A stretch of 55,383 nt of DNA, the filler included, from Basidioascus undulatus (Eukaryota): NCBI GenBank assembly GCA_000826855.1. It is 4 parts of 4 records of this genome, joined end to end, with 100 filler letters (N's around TTAATTAATTAA, not from the genome) between each part and the next. Parts side by side here need not be neighbours in the genome. Positions count along the whole stretch, not along the records: positions 42,490 to 55,383 come from JTLS01000866.1; 3 more parts are not named here. One strand, 5' to 3'. Shown piece by piece: positions 52,206 to 55,383 of the stretch (position 1 is its first letter; every line of letters starts with the position of its first letter). Under the pieces are notes generated by a model. That model saw only the letters and a list, made by a program, of their open reading frames with translations, did no database searches and was not told where the DNA came from. Made by a program: the position numbers and the translations under genes.

Positions 52206-54684
52206 ATGGGTCCTCAATACCTTCCCCGGCGTATGTCCGCCTTCGTCGGCGCCCAGGTTCCTAAGGTGTCTCTGCTCAGCAAGAGGATTCATGGTCAGTC
52301 TGTCTTTGCGGCGTAAGCTCTCGCGTTCGCGCACCGTCGCTGACTGTGCGGGTGTGAACGCGGGGTAGGCTGGAACTGGCAGTCGTTCCCCATCAGCATG
52401 GGCACTTCCGCCGTCTACGTTACACTTAGCTCGCTGAAGAACCACCCCGACCCCGTCACTACTATCGGTAGCTCTTGTAGCCGATTTCGAACCCGCCACA
52501 CGCATTGCTTACGGAAATCCTATTGACAGAGCTCATGTTCTTCTTTCTGAACCTCGTCCTGTTCCTCATCAACACTTGCCTGCTGCTGCTCCAGCTCATC
52601 CGTGTGTCCCGCTACTTCAGCTCCCTTCCGCCCATCATGTTCTGACTTTCCTCTGCAGTCTATCCTACCCAAAGTAAACGTCTGGTGATGGACCCTGTTA
52701 AGGGAATGTTCGTTGGTTCGTGGTATTTTTCACTGGTCCGACACCAGCAGACTGAGCGGTTCGAGCGCGACGATTCTGCACAGCAGGGCTCGTCGTCCTC
52801 TCGTTCGCTACGATCATTATCGGGTAAGTATCTCATGACTCTGAAGTTTATCTTTAAACCCCTCCTGAAAATGAAGGCCCTGAACACAGTACCGTTAGTT
52901 ACGGCGTCCTGCTCGGCAAAATCATCCACCCTGAATTCATCTTCGACCTGTTCTGGTGCGTTTCCGGAAACACACTGCGTGGCCCGCTCGTACTTACACA
53001 AAACCCTCTCTCGAAGGGTGTACATCGCTTTCGCCATTCTGGTCTGCGTTCCAATGATCATGATCTGGTGCGCCTCCCTCTTTTCAGCGTCTTCCTCCTT
53101 TCTCGAGCTGACAGCCGCCGGGGTATGGCAGGTTCAACGGCCCGCACGACCTTGCGCACTTCACGCCCGCGTCGATGTTCATCGTCTTCCCGCTCATGTG
53201 GGTTTGAGATCAGCTCAGGCGTTCCGGTCCAACGAAAGCGCTTGACACTTCTCCAACAGGCTCACCGGCGTCGTGGGCTTCAACGTCCTCCGCGTGCTCC
53301 CGCCCCAGGACACGAAGGCTGTCACGGTCCTGTTTGTGTCGCTGTATTTCCAAGGCGGGTCATTCTTCTCTGGGAAGATCATACGAAAAGTTCTGACTAT
53401 TTCATTTTCACAGGCCTTGGCACGCTGGTAAGTGTAAACGAGCGTTTCACAGCCTTGCGAAACTGAAGACGCTCACTGGGCAGATTACCTTCCTGTATCT
53501 GGGCATTTACCTCCTGCGCATCATGACAACCGGCTTCCTACATGGGCACCAAGCGAACGGAGGTGAGCGCTCGCCTGTGTCCTCCACCGCAGCCTCCCCG
53601 GCTGGCGCTGACGGTCTCTGCGTCTTCCACCAGCGTTCGTCGCCTGGTACGTCTTCATTCCCCCCTTTCCCACCGTCCCGCAGCGGCTGACCGTCACCCA
53701 TCTCACAGCGGTCCCCCGGGCTTCACCGCCCTAGCGCTGATCAATCTCGGCGCGCGGGCGCGCGAGATCCTCCCCATCCACGGGCTCATCGCGCAGAGCG
53801 CCGGCGAAGTCTGGTTCAGCGTGTGCATCCTGGGGGCAATCATGCTGCTTGGGCTGGCGTCGCTGTTCTTCGTCATCGGGTGTGCGTCCTTCTTTACGGA
53901 GGAGTGGAAGGTGTTGGGAGGAAGCGCTGATGCATGGGGGAACGCTCGCAGTTTTCCCTTGGTACTTCAAGGTGCACAGGCACCTCAAAGAGATCCTCGG
54001 CATGTGGGCGCTCACGTTCCCAATCGGTTCGTACGATGCCCACATCGTCTTCCAGTAGTTTACTGAAAATTTCTCGATATTCCACCGGCCACAGTGGGAA
54101 TGACGAACGGCAAGTTCTTCTTCGCCGCGGCCGTGGATCGATGCTGACGCCCCCGCTGCATTGCAACACAACGCAACGCACCGCAGGTTTCAAGGCCCTC
54201 GGCGACATCCTCAACTCGCAGTTCCTCTGGACCGTCCACGCAGTATTCACGACCGTCATCTGCCTCCTCTGGCTCGTGCTCTTCTCGCTCACCTGCGTGC
54301 GTCCTTTCCCCTTTCCCCAATCCCTTCCTCCCCATCCATCCCTTCTTCCGCCTTCCCATCTTTCCTCCTTCTTTCTACCCCTTCTGGGACTGAAAACCTC
54401 CCTCCCCTTTCCTCACCTTGCAGCTGGCGCTCTACAAAGGCCTCATACTTAACTCGCCCGACAGCGACGTCTGGCGCGACTGGGTCGGGGGCGGCCTTGC
54501 CACGGTAGCCATCTCACCCGCCGCCCCGCCAGCACCGCAAAGGAAGGACGAGGAAGCGGGGTACCCTCTACCCGCGTCTTACCCCCCCCAGCGCCACGCG
54601 CCGGACTACACGTATGGCGAGATGCCGCAGACGCCGCCGGTCGCTGCGTACGGTGCGGGACAGGGGGGAGGGTACAGGGTATAG
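52206..54684 (+). CDS. TDT/SLAC1-family anion channel (Mae1 malate permease / Ssu1-like), many short exons
   Basis: KRIH/GWNWQSFPISMGT, FFFLNLVLFLINT, VVLSFATIII, GPPGFTALALINLG, LGMWALTFP are TDT-family motifs. Start is ATG 52206 or the in-frame ATG 52233. Confidence 0.88.
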
Positions 54685-55383
54685 AGGGGGAGAGGAGAGG
54701 AGGACGGGTTGAAGAGAAGGGGCGTCGTGACGAACGCTGGATGCTGGTACGTAATGTTGTTGCTTGCTAGTTGTGGTTGTGGTTGAGCGTGGGGTGGGGA
54801 TGTGAGCTCCCTGGATTGAGACTTGCATGCATGCGGCTCTGGCTCGTCATCCTGTGATGCGTTGGCAAACGTGCTCGCAAAATCGAGCTTCACTCTTGAT
54901 CAGAAGTGTCTTGGTTTTGGCCCTACAATGACGAACGCTGGCCTGTGAAATGACACTGCAACGGCTACGAGCCTGCGGGCTGCCGCCTGCCACCTGCGGA
55001 TAGTTATAAGCGCTCCTTGGGACTCAGCGTTCAAGGCCCACAGAATTTGTATAAGGGCGATTTTTTTTCGGGGAAACAAGCAGGTTGTGTGGCTCATTCT
55101 CAGGTCGCCCACTGCCGGAGCTCATGGCCTCGGGGACGTCGGCGGCCCAGAAACCCATCAAAACGCCGTCCACATCCGTCCTCTTGAGTTCCCCACACCG
55201 AGTCAGCCCGCCAACTTTAGGGCAGCGCCTGGCCGCGACACCTGGTCGACACTGCCATCCAACGCGACACTCAGCAGCCCATATTTTCGTAGCAGGGGGT
55301 ATCAATGCAAAAACGAGCGAACGAAACGAACGACGAAACAAACGAGCAAGCAAGGGAGCACAACAGTACACTTGAACAAAGAA

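Overview
Intron-rich, GC-rich eukaryotic DNA from a fungus, most likely a basidiomycete (short GTGCGT/GTGAGT...YAG introns, basidiomycete-type F-box and septin families); the class cannot be fixed from sequence alone. The window is four sequence blocks joined by artificial 100-nt N gaps carrying a TTAATTAATTAA linker (12906-13005, 25911-26010, 42390-42489). Recognisable conserved genes: SDH4/CybS, a REC114-like meiotic gene, an EFM7/NNT1-like methyltransferase, DAHP synthase, SNRNP27 (3' part), NAD-IDH catalytic subunit (IDH2), an SDR, an atypical septin, SNU114, ELP5, an intron-containing tRNA-Asp(GTC), RPL20 (eL20) and a TDT/SLAC1-family transporter. Between them lie many disrupted lineage-specific genes: six F-box/LRR-like genes, an aldo-keto reductase, a MYND finger, a membrane protein, and two paralogous RRM/Arg-rich/coiled-coil genes flanking SNU114-ELP5. 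There is also an inverted-repeat-bounded element. The best leads are the IDH2 terminal intron that switches between two PTS1-like C-termini, the two long structured RPL20 introns, the RRM-RS-coiled-coil pair and the REC114 homolog. All gene models were spliced by eye, with no database searches or folding runs; CDS coordinates span introns.
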